DNA of 62,370 bases, filler included, from Collodictyon triciliatum (taxonomy: Eukaryota): the NCBI GenBank assembly GCA_043381765.1. It is 6 parts of 6 records of this genome, joined end to end, with 100 filler letters (N's around TTAATTAATTAA, not from the genome) between each part and the next. Parts side by side here need not be neighbours in the genome. Positions count along the whole stretch, not along the records: positions 12,753 to 27,157 come from JBHJMP010002955.1; positions 27,258 to 36,842 come from JBHJMP010002956.1; positions 36,943 to 46,523 come from JBHJMP010002957.1; 3 more parts are not named here. The stretch is one strand, 5' to 3'. Below are positions 24,501 through 42,590 of the stretch, piece by piece (positions within the stretch are counted from its first letter, which is position 1; every line of letters starts with the position of its first letter). The notes under the pieces are model-generated. The model saw nothing but the letters and a program-made list of their open reading frames with translations. It was not told where the DNA came from and did no database searches. The position numbers and the translations under genes were made by a program.

Positions 24501-26991
24501 TCTTGTGGATGAATTGGAAGCATCGCAGCAACTCTTGCATGTCCCTCCAAAATAGCCCTTACTCTCGGTGTAAATCCTTCCTTGTCCAAAGCATGCAACG
24601 AGACTCCTGCATCTATCAACATCTAGTATAGCAAAGCCAAAATTGATCTTTTGGAAAAATAATAGGACATAAGAAAAGAAAAGAAAAGAAAAGAAAAGAA
24701 AAGAAAAGAAAAGAAAAGAAAAGAAAAGAAAAGAAAAGAAAAGAAAAGAAAAGAAAACTGGCGGTTTTTTTTGTAAAGTTATTCCCCACCATAATTATCG
24801 ACGCATGTCCATTCGAAGCGGCGAAATGTAATGGGGTCTCTCCTTTCAAATTTTTCATCGTTGCTCTGGGTTTAAATGTTTTGTTATTGTCTGATCGTCA
24901 TCGAACGTGAAAAGAAAATGAAAGAACAATTGAAAACATATTTGTGACAAAAAAACCTACAGTGACGCTAAATCACTATTGTACTTGATCAACAGTCTTA
25001 AGCCCTCTCCATTTCCAACATGGCAAATAAAGTGCAAGAAATTCCATCCCTACAAATAGGAAAGATAGTACCTGGATTTAAGGAGACAATCGATGATGTT
25101 TTCCAATTCGAAGCCAATAAATGAAATTATATTTCCGTGATTTTTTCCTCAACAGATTTGAGGTTCACATATCTCTATATATGGCGATTGTTGATGATAG
25201 CAATTATAGTGCAAAACCTGGATATCATGTGACGCCACATTCGCACCGAACTCAAGTAGTTTTTCCGCCGCTTCTATATTATTGTTCAAGATTGCGTGAT
25301 GAAGGGGTGTTCGACCTTTGCTGTCATGATTATCAATAGGAATGCCTGTGTTTATTTTAATTAGTTAATCATTTTACCCTTAGATATCATAACAAGAGAG
25401 GAGCATTAATGTTGTTTATTTATAGAAGATTCGAGATAATGTTTTTATACGTATTTTACAACACGCCCAATCATCCAAATATACTTCATGATATTACAAT
25501 AATGATGCTTAATTTTAAAATACTTTTTGATAAGAGAATATCAAGAAGTCTGCTATTTGAGGCTGACACACACAGTATTAGGAGACATCGTCCCCATATA
25601 TCTCTGATTGAGTATTTTGTAGCAAAAAGTATTGTGTGAGATGAAAGTAAATTTAATTACCTAGTGTACATTTATCAAATCTATAAGGAAGTAATAAAAA
25701 AAATGTATACCTTATCAAATAATTGGCGCCATATTCCATGAGCTTCGAAGCAGCTTCGATTTTACCAGTTTTGACAGCGACACTTAAAGCAGAATGTCCG
25801 TGAATGTCCGTTTCATCGATCTTTTATTATGTCAATTTAGTATACACTTGTTTTCTTCAGGTGAGTTTTTTTTTCTTCGTGTTGTTTATGACTCCATGTA
25901 TTACCTGTTCTCTGAGCTTGGGCATGAGGCTATCAATCATAGCAGCCGTCCCATGGAGAACCACAAGATGTATAAGTGAGTTTCCGAACGAGTCTTTCCA
26001 GTATTTCGGAATCACCTGTATTGATTTAAGTAAAAAAAAAAATTTAAAGAAAAGTGATAGGAAAAATATTTTAAAATAGGAACAGAAAGCAAAGTCTCCC
26101 AGTACAATCGATATACATACGTCTACAAGTTGTAGGAGAATTGTTGGGTCTCCTGCTGATATGATGCAGTTGAGCATTGCGATTCCACCCTTCCGGGGGA
26201 TTGTATAAACCATGTGCGCATATGAGCCAAACATTTTTGAAGCGATACTACTGGCCATGGAAAAGAACGCATGTGACAGAGTTTTTGGGTCATCATCGAC
26301 CATTGATAACAATAATTCGGCCAAATCAACACATTCGGACGATTCATAGTCAAAAATACGATTTTCCGATAAGCATCTTTCTATCTGTGAAAGTAATATT
26401 AGAATCGATTCAATCCTGACAATTTTTTCTTTTTTTAAAAAAAATAAAATAAAAAATCTCCAATTATTGAGTAAACAATACTTGTTCAAGATGCATTTTC
26501 TTTCGGGATGGGCTACAGAAACATCTCCTTGAATCCTGTAAAAACTCAAGAATCTGGTTTGTCTGGTCGAGAGCTACCTTTATTTGACACACATTATGGA
26601 TTGATGCTCCTTGGTCTATTGACCCTGCCAAACAAACTTGCATCTCAACCTCTCGTTTCAGTTTCTCCTCTAACACAAGTTTTCTAGCAGACTTTGAGAT
26701 TTCGAGTGACTTTTGGATCAAAACATATGTTGCCTTCACACGGTCTTCAGCTCCTTGACTGATAAGCACTGTAAGCTGATAAATATAATTAAGCATTATT
26801 AACGGAACATATGCTCAGTTTTTGTCTCTGTGTTCTAGTGAACTTTGATATGTGTTTCGAGCGTGGAACAACTTTGGAGGGATGGGCAGGATAAGGCTGA
26901 CATTTGCATGCCAGTGGCTTCGTACCTGCTCGGACAGACTCTCGATCTCGACTTGGATAGCTTTGAGCTTTTCGTGGGAGTCTGACGACAT
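21571..26991 (-). CDS. GDE1: Gde1-like glycerophosphocholine phosphodiesterase (helical N-terminus, ankyrin repeats, GDPD domain), many introns
   Basis: Spliced GDPD motifs CGHRGCG, FAENTISSF..AASLGMEYVEFDAHVTRD, FNIELKYP, YFSSFDPDIC, LTYGKFNND, VIADH. Ankyrin motifs GNSLIHLVV, GETPLHFAASNGH, GFTPRVRA. Confidence 0.85.
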
Positions 26992-27094
26992 TTCTATCCT
27001 ATCGCTCGCAAGTGCTCAGGCCTTACTAGCTGGCTCTACGAGGTTAGGCTGTTATTGCGGTTCATTCTTGGGTGTGTTGGGAGGGCGGAGGTGG

Positions 27095-27157
<63 letters not shown>

Positions 27158-27257
27158 NNNNNNNNNNNNNNNNNNNNNNNNNNNNNNNNNNNNNNNNNNN
27201 NTTAATTAATTAANNNNNNNNNNNNNNNNNNNNNNNNNNNNNNNNNNNNNNNNNNNN
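27158..27257. other. Artificial scaffold-joining spacer
   Basis: N44-TTAATTAATTAA-N44. Confidence 0.97.
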
Positions 27258-27277
27258 AAAAAAAAAAAAAAAAAAAC

Positions 27278-27321
<44 letters not shown>

Positions 27322-27364
27322 AAGAAAAAAAAAAAAAAAAAAAAAAAAAAGAAGCAGCACGGAA

Positions 27365-27886
27365 ATGGCGCTCACTCTGACCGACACGCAGGGCCTGCTT
27401 TATCTGCAGCAGCAGCTGAGAGACGCCGTGGCCGCAACAGCAGATAATCCCGTGCTGGCCCAAGCCACGCACCCGACTGTGCGGCAGCTGACGGCAATCC
27501 TCGCCATGGCCAACGAAGCCGGCCTCGACCTCTTCCCACCCGACATGCTTCTGCGGCGCATTCGACACTACGCCGTGTCTGATGATTCGGAGGTTGTGCT
27601 TGCCTTGATCTACATCGACCGACTCATCCAGTCTGCACCTGCCGTGCTGAATCCTTACTCCTTGCGTCTTGTCTGGACCGTGGCCTTGATGCTTGCGGCA
27701 AAGTACAACTTAGACAGTGGCTATAATAACCAGGCCTACTCCACCCTCAGCGGCGCCCCGCTTGAGATGATCAATCGGGTCGAGGCCATTCTTCTGGCTC
27801 TTCTGGATTATCAGCTTGCGGTTTTGCCCCAGACGTATGAGGATGCACTGGCCCTTATCCTTGAAGGCGACTTGGCTCAGGAGTAG
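27365..27886 (+). CDS. PHO80/PREG-like cyclin, intronless
   Basis: VVLALIYIDRL...SLRLVWTVALMLAAKYNLDSGYNNQAYSTLSGAPLEMINRVEAILLALLDYQL. Confidence 0.88.
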   Translation: MALTLTDTQGLLYLQQQLRDAVAATADNPVLAQATHPTVRQLTAILAMANEAGLDLFPPDMLLRRIRHYAVSDDSEVVLALIYIDRLIQSAPAVLNPYSLRLVWTVALMLAAKYNLDSGYNNQAYSTLSGAPLEMINRVEAILLALLDYQLAVLPQTYEDALALILEGDLAQE

Positions 27887-27939
27887 CTTGGTCTATGTTT
27901 TCTCGTTTTGCGTGCGATAAGTCATGTCCTTCTTCTCTT

Positions 27940-27991
<52 letters not shown>

Positions 27992-28700
27992 TCTCCCTCT
28001 CTCATTCCCAAGTCCTTTCTTGTCCGTTTTTCTTTTTCTTTTTTTCATTCCTTCCTTCCTTCCTTTTATCCTATGTCACCCGCATTTCTTCATTCCTCCC
28101 CGTCTTGTTGGAACAGAGTGTCTTTGGATCAAATGTAAAACTATGCCAAAGTATATAAACATGAAAAATTTCCGCTTTGGTTCGATCCGCCCGTGTCGCT
28201 TGGAATGCTTTTGTATGGATAAGCCTCGCGCAATGCAGAAGCCGTAGAAGCCGTACTCAGTCCGCATAGCTCACTTCCATGGCCACTTGAGGCACAAGTC
28301 AAGGCATGAGGGAAAGCCGTACTTGTTCTATCGCCCAGGGGCTGTTTGCCTTGCTCTTCATTCCGTCTCTTTGCAATATTTTATGTTTGCACAAGCGCAT
28401 ATGTGGCATATAAGAAAGGAGCAGAGTTAAGGATAGTCCTCCCACCAACGAAAAAAAAAAAAAAACATGGTCGGTGGACAATAACAATGTAGTGTTATCA
28501 AGATATGGCTTTGAAAGAGTGACTGAACCATTACTGCCTGTTTTTTTTTCTTTATTGATTGATTTTATTATTGTTTTGTTTTGTTTTGTTTTGTTTTGTT
28601 TTGTTTTGTTTTGTTTTGTTTTGTTTTGTTTTGTTTTGTTTTGTTCTATTTCGTATTCTAAACAGATCTATCGTTTGCAACAGATCCGCAGAAGTCTTCG

Positions 28701-33315
<4,615 letters not shown>

Positions 33316-33730
33316 GTTATCAAGTAGAGCGCTACTATTTACATTCCGCTAAAAGCTCCAAAACCAGTAACTGAGGCCTACCGTCTTGTTGCGGCTGTCA
33401 GTTGACTTTTGTTTTCCCCTCTTATTATCCCGTTTAGATTTTTTTATTTTCATTTGTTTTTGTGTCGTATCTGCGAGCGAAATTGTAGATTAGCACCCAG
33501 AAAGAAAATCCTAGCTTTACTTTCTCTTACTGAAAAATAAAATAAAAGTGAAATACATATATGCTCAAATTGTTGTTGTGGGGTTGTTTGGGTCTTTTTT
33601 TTTTCTTTTTTTTATTGTTGTTAATGATTTTATGCGGGTCTTTGTCTGTATGCGCGTTATGTTTTGTCGGGATAGCAATTGTAGTATCATTTGCCCATCA
33701 ATTATTTTGTTTGACATCACAGCTCTCGCC

Positions 33731-36405
33731 TCAAGCTTGCTGTTCATTTCGATAAATTGTCATCTCTGCTGATATTTGTGGATGTGATTGCAAAGTACTT
33801 GTGAACTTATACAAGACATACTTTCCAACAGCTTGAGAAAAGATTGAATAGTAGAAACTTTGCTCTGACTGCCCGGGCTGAGGGTAGCTCAAGGATAGTT
33901 TTCCTGATGGGTGGTAGATATCTCCTCCAGGAGAGTTACAGATTATAGAGTTGTAAGGGCCGGCCGAAATGTTAGAACCTTGCCCGTTTATCTGAGTCTG
34001 ACCCTCGCGCTCTCCTGTCACTTTGAACTTATGTAAATATTGTGTTTGGGAACTACATATATATAGATATCCATCGTCCGTCACCGCCATAGAGTCCTCA
34101 CAACTGGATTGTGTGAGATTTGTCGGAAACTGGTGCAGAAAATCTCCCTCCACTTCAAAGACAGATATTAAGGCGCCTGATTGATGCAAAATGAATATCT
34201 GCCCGGAGTTGTCGAAGCAAAAACTGATAATACTAGTTATAGGAGTTCTCAGTTTTGCTGAAGCTCCAAAAGTTCTGATGGGAACAAGGTCACTCGTGTA
34301 TATCCTGACTTCAGTTGCTGCAGAGTCGAGTATCCCAACCTCGCCGTTTGATGAAATACGTAGCAAACCAATGGTATTATGCAAAAAGGGTTCCAGCTTG
34401 ACTGTTTTAACTAATTCACCGCATGAGCTGTAAATAGAAATCTCCCCATTCCCATAAAAATAATATATTTGTTCGTTCTTCGGGTGAATAGCAAAATATT
34501 GAGACGGACGCATGTAAGAATGGTGATTAATACCTCCATATTTGCTGTGAGCCCGTGATTCTCCTATTGAGAGGGGCAATTTTTCCCATTTTGGGAAACC
34601 GATGACTGTTTTACTAGTAACATCCCATGTTATGTTTTTGCTCCTTATCGAAAATCCAACATCGCTGCTCCTTAGTTGCTCTTCTTTCGAGAAATTAAGC
34701 AACAGAGTTTTTCCGGGCTTAAATGATATGGTTTCTAACTCAGGGTTTTGATATCTCATTTCGTCGAGCATGACTGCATCAATTACACACTTTCCGTAAA
34801 GTTTCTTCGTCATCGAAGAGTATTCATTTGTTGTATGTTTTGACTGCGAGAGTAAGCTGTATCCGAACAGAAGTTTACTTTTGGCTGCTTCGAAGTATTC
34901 TTTTTGGCTCTCTGCTCGCTTTACGGTTTTATTGACTTGCTCTTCTAACTATTCGGTTATTATTTAACCACATGCCAACTATTCAATTCAAGCGAAATCT
35001 TTTCATATGGAGGCTTACATTTTGGATTTAAAAAATTATATTACCTTCATAAAGATATCTTCTTCAATAGTTTTTAAATCACTGATGTATTTGTTTATTG
35101 TTTCTCTTACGTCCTTACGAATATTCTCTGCATTTTCATAAACCTGCAAAATGCACGTTAAATACTGAAGTTGCGCGATAGTATGTATGCCATTTCTTTT
35201 CGCATAATATTTTTTTATAGATATTGTTTACGATTTTTAAAATTACTGAATCAATATGATTTTGAAGATCGTCAGTGTATTTTTCAATTTTCTCCATTCG
35301 TTCTTCAGATTTTCGCAACAATTCACCCAACTCAATGTCTATCCAATCGCCTGTCCCCTCAAACCGATGGTGGTTATGGTGGGGGTGTGCAATTTTATCT
35401 TCATAGGCACAGGTTAGGCAGAATAAGGGTGTCGATAGACAATTTTGGCAAAAGTATTCTATCCTTTTCGAGTGTTGTGCACATGTCATTGACGGTGCAG
35501 TTCTGATAACTGATGTAGGTATGTCTGGCATCAAACCATCGAGCGCTCTAGAATAATAAAAATTAATTTGTTTTCCTCTGATAAAAAGCAAACACGTTTT
35601 GAAAGCGAATTACATACTCTGTGTTGTGAGACTTGGTTATCTTTAATTTTCCATGTGATGCAGAACATTTTTTACACATGTACCCACAGCCATCAAAGCA
35701 AATAATAGCAGGCCTTTCCTGACAACTTTCCTCAAATTGACAATTAATATTTTCATGAGCATGTGCACCGATTGTAGATTCTATATCAGAATCCACATCA
35801 CTGATTAATGACTTGAGCTTTTGGCCATATTCCGTATGATATTTAGACTCCGGGAAAGCTTCTGGAGTGTTAGTCAGTATTCCAATCTTAACTGAACAAA
35901 ATGGGCACTTGGCCATGAGTGCGCTATTCAGCTCAGCCTCATCTTTGTAGGGGTTGTAAGGTGCTGATAGTATTTGCTTCTTTCTCTCGTTAGCATTCAT
36001 TACCAAGGTACAGATGCAATTAGAGCAAAGAACGTGTCCGCAGGGGAGAGACCTGGGATTGTCCCATATTTCGGTGCAGATGGGACACAGGCCTTCTGTA
36101 TCAACGCTGAAGTGGCTATCGAGAGCTGATAACTTTTCACGATCAAAAACGGTGCTGCTTGTTGGCGGGGTTGTTGGAGTTGTTGAAGTTGTTGACATGG
36201 TTGTTGCTGGAATTGTTATGGTTGCTGGAGTAGATAGAGTTGGTGCTTGGATAGGAGAACCTGTAGTTGTAGCTAATGCAATTTGGCCATGTCCGAACGC
36301 AAACTGCAGATTAGTTGCCCCAGTTGGTTGTGATAAGTTGAACACGCCCATAGAAAAATCAGCCCTTTGCGATCTGCGTACACTGCGCTGTCTTCTGTCT
36401 CCCAT
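33731..36405 (-). CDS. TRIM-like protein: RING, two B-boxes, coiled coil, NHL-type beta-propeller
   Basis: RING CPICTE..PRSLPCGHVLCSNC..CPFC; B-box1 CQF..C..AIICFDGCGYMCKKCSASH; B-box2 CAQH..YFCQNC...FCLTC...H.HH; propeller repeats such as ISFCFDNSGQIFI and MAVTDDGYLYI. Confidence 0.8.
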
Positions 36406-36734
36406 TTGACCTTTGAGGGTTCGCTGGTCTCAAGCTGCCTGTTTTCAGTCCTGGTGGCAGGTTGTTTGTTTAAGAAATGTCTTTAGCGATGACAAGTCGT
36501 GTTACCGTGGTCTTTGGGTGGTTGTCCGTGTCTTTTTATTCCGGGCTGCCTCTGTTTAAATGTCATTTTGATCGCATCACAAATTTCAGAGAGAATATCC
36601 TTTTTGGTATAAAATTGGGACATTTTGTCCCTGCTTTATGATTATTCTGTTTCATTCTGTGTTAATCTCATGGTGCGCTCTCTTTTCTTCTCCATTCTTT
36701 TGTTTCGTTCTCTATTTATTGAACTAGTCTGTTT

Positions 36735-36842
36735 TTTATTCTTGTTTTTTTTATTATTCTTGTCTTTTTTTTATTATTCTTGTCTTTTTTTTATTATTCT
36801 TGTCTTTTTTTTATTATTCTTGTCTTTTTTTATTATTCTTGT
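36735..36842. repeat. About 20-bp tandem repeat (TTATTATTCTTGTCTTTTTT)n at a scaffold end
   Basis: About five near-identical units. Confidence 0.85.
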
Positions 36843-36942
36843 NNNNNNNNNNNNNNNNNNNNNNNNNNNNNNNNNNNNNNNNNNNNTTAATTAATTAANN
36901 NNNNNNNNNNNNNNNNNNNNNNNNNNNNNNNNNNNNNNNNNN
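36843..36942. other. Artificial scaffold-joining spacer
   Basis: N44-TTAATTAATTAA-N44. Confidence 0.97.
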
Positions 36943-37173
36943 TCGTGTCCAAAGTGGTGTGGGTTTTCTGAACAGTCCCGAAAAGAACATCTAAAGTCCA
37001 AGCATCATCGGAATCAGCTTTCTCTGTTGGCTTCAATGCAATGCAACTCACCATCCAAAACAGTTACGAACCCTGGTATGCCGAAGGACGAATACAAGCC
37101 ACGTCCATTCAACTACTTTGATATTGTCATTGCTTCTCCTCTTTCTTCAGAGGAACAAATCTCTGGCAACTAG
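36943..37173 (+). CDS. Possible 3' fragment of a gene with a matrin/U1-like zinc finger
   Basis: Open frame from the scaffold edge: SCPKWCGFSEQSRKEHLKSKHH...*. The 5' part is missing. Confidence 0.3.
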   Translation, partial: SCPKWCGFSEQSRKEHLKSKHHRNQLSLLASMQCNSPSKTVTNPGMPKDEYKPRPFNYFDIVIASPLSSEEQISGN

Positions 37174-38195
37174 GATGAAAAGCCGTCTACTTTATTCAAA
37201 AGCAGCTATTTAATCAATTCAAGGACTTGACTTCTCAAACTATTAAACTCATCCTGACCTTCAAGTTTTAAAAACAGAATATTTCGCATCGTTCATGTCG
37301 GAGAAAATCAAAATTTCCCCTTTGTTTAATTAAAATTGTAAATTTATCTATTTTCTTGCAATCTGAATTACTTATTTACTCTTTGCTATAATGCGCCCAC
37401 ACGAAGCAGAATTGGGTCAGATATTCTTATTTCTAATACAAATCATATAACAAAATATCAATTTAAGCCCGGCTATTGTATATTTATTAAAAAAAGGTAA
37501 CCCCTTTACAGTCCTTATTTTCTTTAGAAGTAGTCCTTTGCATTATAAAAATCCAATGCTGTCTTTTTTTTTTCATTTTATCAAAACATAAAATCAATGG
37601 ACGATATATAAAGACGACACAGAATACATATTCAGTTTTAGTATATAAAGCGCAGTTCTCATAAATATTACAGAAATTCTTATTTATTCATATAGCGAGT
37701 GTGTTTCATATGCATATGAGGGTTAGGTGTTTAAAAAACATAATCGAATAGCTTTCTTTTTTTTTATTTAGTTTTCGATTTTACAATAAATCATAGAGAT
37801 TGTATTTCTTGATTGAAAGTCTATGTTAGGGTTCTTTATTATTATCATCAATTATGAGCTCTTTGAATCGAATAGAGGAAAAAAAATCATCAATTATGAG
37901 CTATTTTTGTTACATCAATGTTATTTTTTCAAGTTCATGACCCTAATATACTTGTAGTATCAAAGCTTTCGTAGAGAATTTATGTAATTTCCAGATCGGT
38001 TATCCCATAGATACCTTTGAATGCTTCAAGCACGTCATTTTCTGCCTCAAGTAATTAAGAGACGTGTCGTGTTATTCTTCAAAACAGTTTTGGTTAGGCA
38101 TTTGATCGAGGTTGAATTGAAAAAAAAAGCTTTTCTTTGTTACAACAAGACACAGATATCTCTATCAACACACATATGTACGTATATAATGTAGG

Positions 38196-40452
38196 ATGCA
38201 CAGCTTCTTCAAAAAGGTCTGCTGTGCCATTGCTTTTGTTGTGTGCATTTGTTTCTCTTCTGCTAGTCTGCTGGAGTTTGGAAATCAATTTGATAGACTC
38301 AAGGACAAGCAGTATGATTCTCGTACTTGCTTCAACTCGTCTGCTGTCTCTTTACTGACAGAGTTTATCAACATTCCTTCTCTGAGCGGAGAAGAGTTGC
38401 TTTTCTCCAATGCGCTTGAGGTAAAAAAAATATTTATATTCTATAGCATTTTATTGATACGATTTCATCTTTAATCAAATAGCACTGTGTTGATAAAGCA
38501 TCGTCATTTTGAACATATTGAGTGAAGGGATAGAAGAAAAACATCCCATAGTCAAGTTTTATGTTGCAATGAAAAAAAAAGTATACACACATATGTATAT
38601 TTAAAACAGGTCTTTTCATTTCAATCAATAAGGTGTGGTTTACTGAGCGTGGTTGGAAAGTTGTGAGACAGCAAGTTTCCGTCAACAGAAACAACATTTT
38701 TGTTAGTAGAGGCTCTTCGAGCAATCCTCGTCTTCTGTTTAGCTCTCACATGGATACTGTTCCCCCCTTTATACCAGCTTCGGTCACAGGGGATAAAGTC
38801 GTTTATTGTTATATTTTATCCATTCTTTGAAATTATAATACAAAACTTTACAAAATAATAATAATGAAGGATAAATATATATATATATATATTTCATGCA
38901 GTTGACTCGATATTAAATACTTGCTCCAAAGATAATGGGAAGAGGTGCTTGCGATGCAAAGGGAATCATCGTAGCTCAAATGCTGGCAGTTGATTATCTG
39001 GTTCAGAATAGATTGGTCCGTGATGAAGACATTGGGTATTTATTTTATTTATTTATTGATTTTATTGTAGATTGCATGTTATATCTAGAATATAAATCAT
39101 TTGAAATTTTTGTTTGATTGGTTTTTATATCAAACCTGCAAAGATTCCTGTACGTTGTGGGAGAAGAAGTCGATGGTGTTGGCATGAAAAAGGCAAATGA
39201 GGTATATATTTGTTTGTCTTTAATGTTTGGTTTCATGGCTTAAAAATGGTATATTTCTGTTCAATAGTGTATATATGTCCATGTCAATCATTTCAGAACT
39301 ATATGATATGGATATTGTAGTAGAGATGTAATATCTTTGAGAAGAGGTTTAGAATTTTTTTCTATAGCTTCAATTGACCCCATTCTATTTTGTCAACGGT
39401 GAGCCTACCGAATCAATCATGGCAGAGGGTCACAAGGTTTTTGCTTTGTTTAAATTCTTTATAAAAAACTGAAATAGAATAAAATGAATCAATCATAATC
39501 AGGTATTGTCAATAAAGTAAAAACAATCAGATAGTTTCAAACGACTCTGCATTTTATTAGGGCGTATTGTCTTTTGTCTTAAATACCACAGGCGTGGCTG
39601 GTCATTCGGGTTATCCAGAGTCTGGTATATCAGCCATATCTCCGATGCTGGATATGTTACAGGACTTGGAGAACGAGGTTATATTTCAAAATATAAAAAT
39701 AATGCTTTTATTTATATATTATGTAGATATGAATGAATGAATGTGATGAAAATATCCAGATAGTAAAAAGATTTATTATTTTTTGTAAAATAGGGTAAAT
39801 TTTTTACTATTATTTTCAATACACGCAGAAATGGCCGATAGATCCTTTCTTTGGCCCTACAACGCTTAACATTGGTAAGATCGTAGCAGGAGTTGCAAGC
39901 AATGTAATTCCTGACTATGCTTCTGCTTATGTTATGATCAGAATAACGACTTCAACAACAGAAATATTGGATAGAGTACTTGATATCGTCAACACTAGGT
40001 ATTTCATTAATAAGAAAATCATACAGCGAATATGGATTCTTTATTACAATTTCAGATAGGGTATATTTATAAATATTTGGAGTGGTCATGATACTTTGTG
40101 TATGTTGATTATTTTAACCATGATCTTCAAATTAATGTAAAAGGGGCATTGTTGAAGTGGTGAATAGAAATGAACCTATTTCTTGTAATGTGCTGCGCGA
40201 TTACCCATCTGGTATAATGTCATATGGAACCGACATTCCATATGTACGTTTCAATGCTCTGGTATGTACATCAAACCCATAACAATTTTTCTATTGTATG
40301 CTGATATGATGTTTCTTTCAATTCAGAAATATCTCTATGGACCTGGTTCTATCTTGGTGGCTCATAGCGAGAACGAGTACATGAATATCAATGATTTACT
40401 TTCTGACATTGAAAAGTATAAGGATATAGCATTACGCTTGTTATACGGTTGA
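38196..40452 (+). CDS. M20 family metallopeptidase (ArgE/DapE-like) with a predicted signal peptide, about 9 exons
   Basis: INIPSLSGEE, FSSHMDTVPP, GRGACDAKG, VVGEEVDG, NGEPT, AGHSGYPE, LNIGKI..GVASNVIP, YGTD, YGPGSILVAHSENE. Hydrophobic N-terminus. Confidence 0.92.
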
Positions 40453-42099
40453 TTCCACGTCCGATATTAACATAAAATACCGGAATGATCCGAAAAAGTT
40501 GATTTTGCTTTCTTATAGACATCATTATTTGATTCATAGTCCTTTTTTTTAAAAAAATAACATAACATGTCTCTTTATTTCTTACCCAGTTATTTTTTCT
40601 TTTATTCCATTCAAGTGAAGGAAGGCTTTTTTTACATTATTTATTCCCCAGATATACTTTCGATTTATGTATGTATGTATGTATGTATGTATGTATGTAT
40701 GTATGTATGTATGTATGTATGTATGTATGTATGTATGTATGTATGTATGTATGTATGTATGTATGTATGTATGTATGTATGTATGTATATCTTTTTCAAG
40801 ATATTTTTAATCGATAGAAGCAAATTCTAATAATATAAAGCTTTTTCCAAAAAAATAAAATGTAATGTATGTATTTATACTTTATAATACAGTTTTAACT
40901 ATTAATGACCCAGAATCGTTCATTATAACTGAGACAACTTCGATTTCAAATATATAAACACGCTGAACCCGAAGAAGGGTTGATAATATCCGGTCCATGT
41001 CATGAGAAGGAAAAAATACTTACGAATAATCAATTAAAATTTTCAAAAAAAAACTGATAAATACGCAAATGGAAGCTTTCCATCCATTTACTCTCTTTCT
41101 ATCCCAAACAGCCTCGGAGGTGAATTTAAATATATAATTGAACTACAAAAAAAAACATATATAGATATTCTGCGCAACCATCTATATTCCTAATTACATG
41201 CCTCGATAAGACGTATCCCTGAATCATATATGCTATTTTTGGCATTCTTATCTATCTGAACGCAAAAGAAGTGAGAGAGAGATAGGAATGTGCCATGAAA
41301 TATCTCACAAAATATTTAACCATGCTACTCACGTAACCAATTCACCACTTGTAGCCCTACCCGATCAACCCATTCTCTATGACTTCTTTTCATAATGTGA
41401 TTATTTGCAATAAGATCTCATAGTCTCATATTCTCTTTACTTTAAGCACCTATTCCGCTCATTTTGTGAATTATCCCTGATCCACTTGGAACATAATAAA
41501 TTAAGAATGATATAATATGGTCTAATGATTACGATAGCTAATTTTCTTTGGATCTTATATATTTTTTTTCAACAATAACTTTGCGTTAAAAAAGTATAGG
41601 ATCTTTCCCTTTCTATTCAATTCAAAATGAAATCATAGGAAAACTATAATTGAACACGTCCAGCGCATATAGCAAGCAACTTAATATTATCAGTAAAAAT
41701 TAGAACTGTAATCTGAAGTGGCTTGAAACGACACCAGAATTTATCATATTTTCGAATTCAATTTTTTTTTGTTTACGATTAAAGGATAGAAAAAGTTAAA
41801 AACTGTTTGCAATATTTTCTGCTTTTTATATGTGTAGTATTTTCCTGGTCTGATATCTTTCTTCATTAGTAGCTATGCGAGGAGTTTCTATATGGAGATC
41901 TGCCTTCACACAAGTTATTGCATAAGTTGGTTATATTCATGGCATAATTAGTTACGAACCCATACAAACAATACCTTTTTTTCAATATAATCACGATTTG
42001 ATAGGCTAGCTTCCACATGCCTCTTATCACAGGGTATGACTAATAAAGAATATGTAAGTGGCCAAAGCAGCTGATGAGAAAAGAGATCTGTATGATGTC

Positions 42100-42590
42100 A
42101 TCCATTCTATTATCAGGAATGTGATTTTGGTTGTAGAATGTCGCTTTGCGCGAGTATATGCGAGCTATTCACACAATTCAAAGATGATGGCCTGAAGTCA
42201 CTGCATAGAGTGTTTTCGCGTGTGGAAAAAGCTATCGCAGAGGCACAAATATCGCCTAGATTGGATCAACAGCTGCAGCCGTCTTGAATTTCAGTTGGAG
42301 AATCCAACTGGATATTTCGTGCAGATTTTTGAGCAAAATGGTATTGAACAGATGTGTGCTCAATGGATTTATCACCGTTGCTGCAAAGTAAGCATTTTTT
42401 GGGTGACTCTGCCAGCTTTTACCGCGCGTGTACCTATCCATAACTCTCTATTGGTGATATTGAGCATTAGAGAGCAGTTATTTGCAAGGACTTGCAGGGT
42501 TCGTGCTTGTCTCCAGCTTGCGGTGAGCGGGGTATGGATGGTGGCTAGTGTTTCTCTCCCATCATCAATGTCTTGACTTTTTCTCAAGGT
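42100..42590 (-). mobile_element. Decayed non-LTR retrotransposon 3' fragment (zf-RVT region)
   Basis: SWRQARTLQV...LMLNITNRELWIGTRAVKAG, then after a frameshift KCLLCSNGDKSIEHTSVQYHFAQ. Homologous to 16812-16911. Boundaries approximate. Confidence 0.65.

Noticed and set aside
26991-27886. Apparent head-to-head phosphate-regulon pair (GDE1 and a PHO80-like cyclin)
   Set aside because: They are separated by an artificial spacer and lie on different scaffolds.
28170-28330. B-box-like GGTTCGATCC and three AAGCCGTA repeats
   Set aside because: No A-box or cloverleaf; the repeats are too short and irregular for an array.
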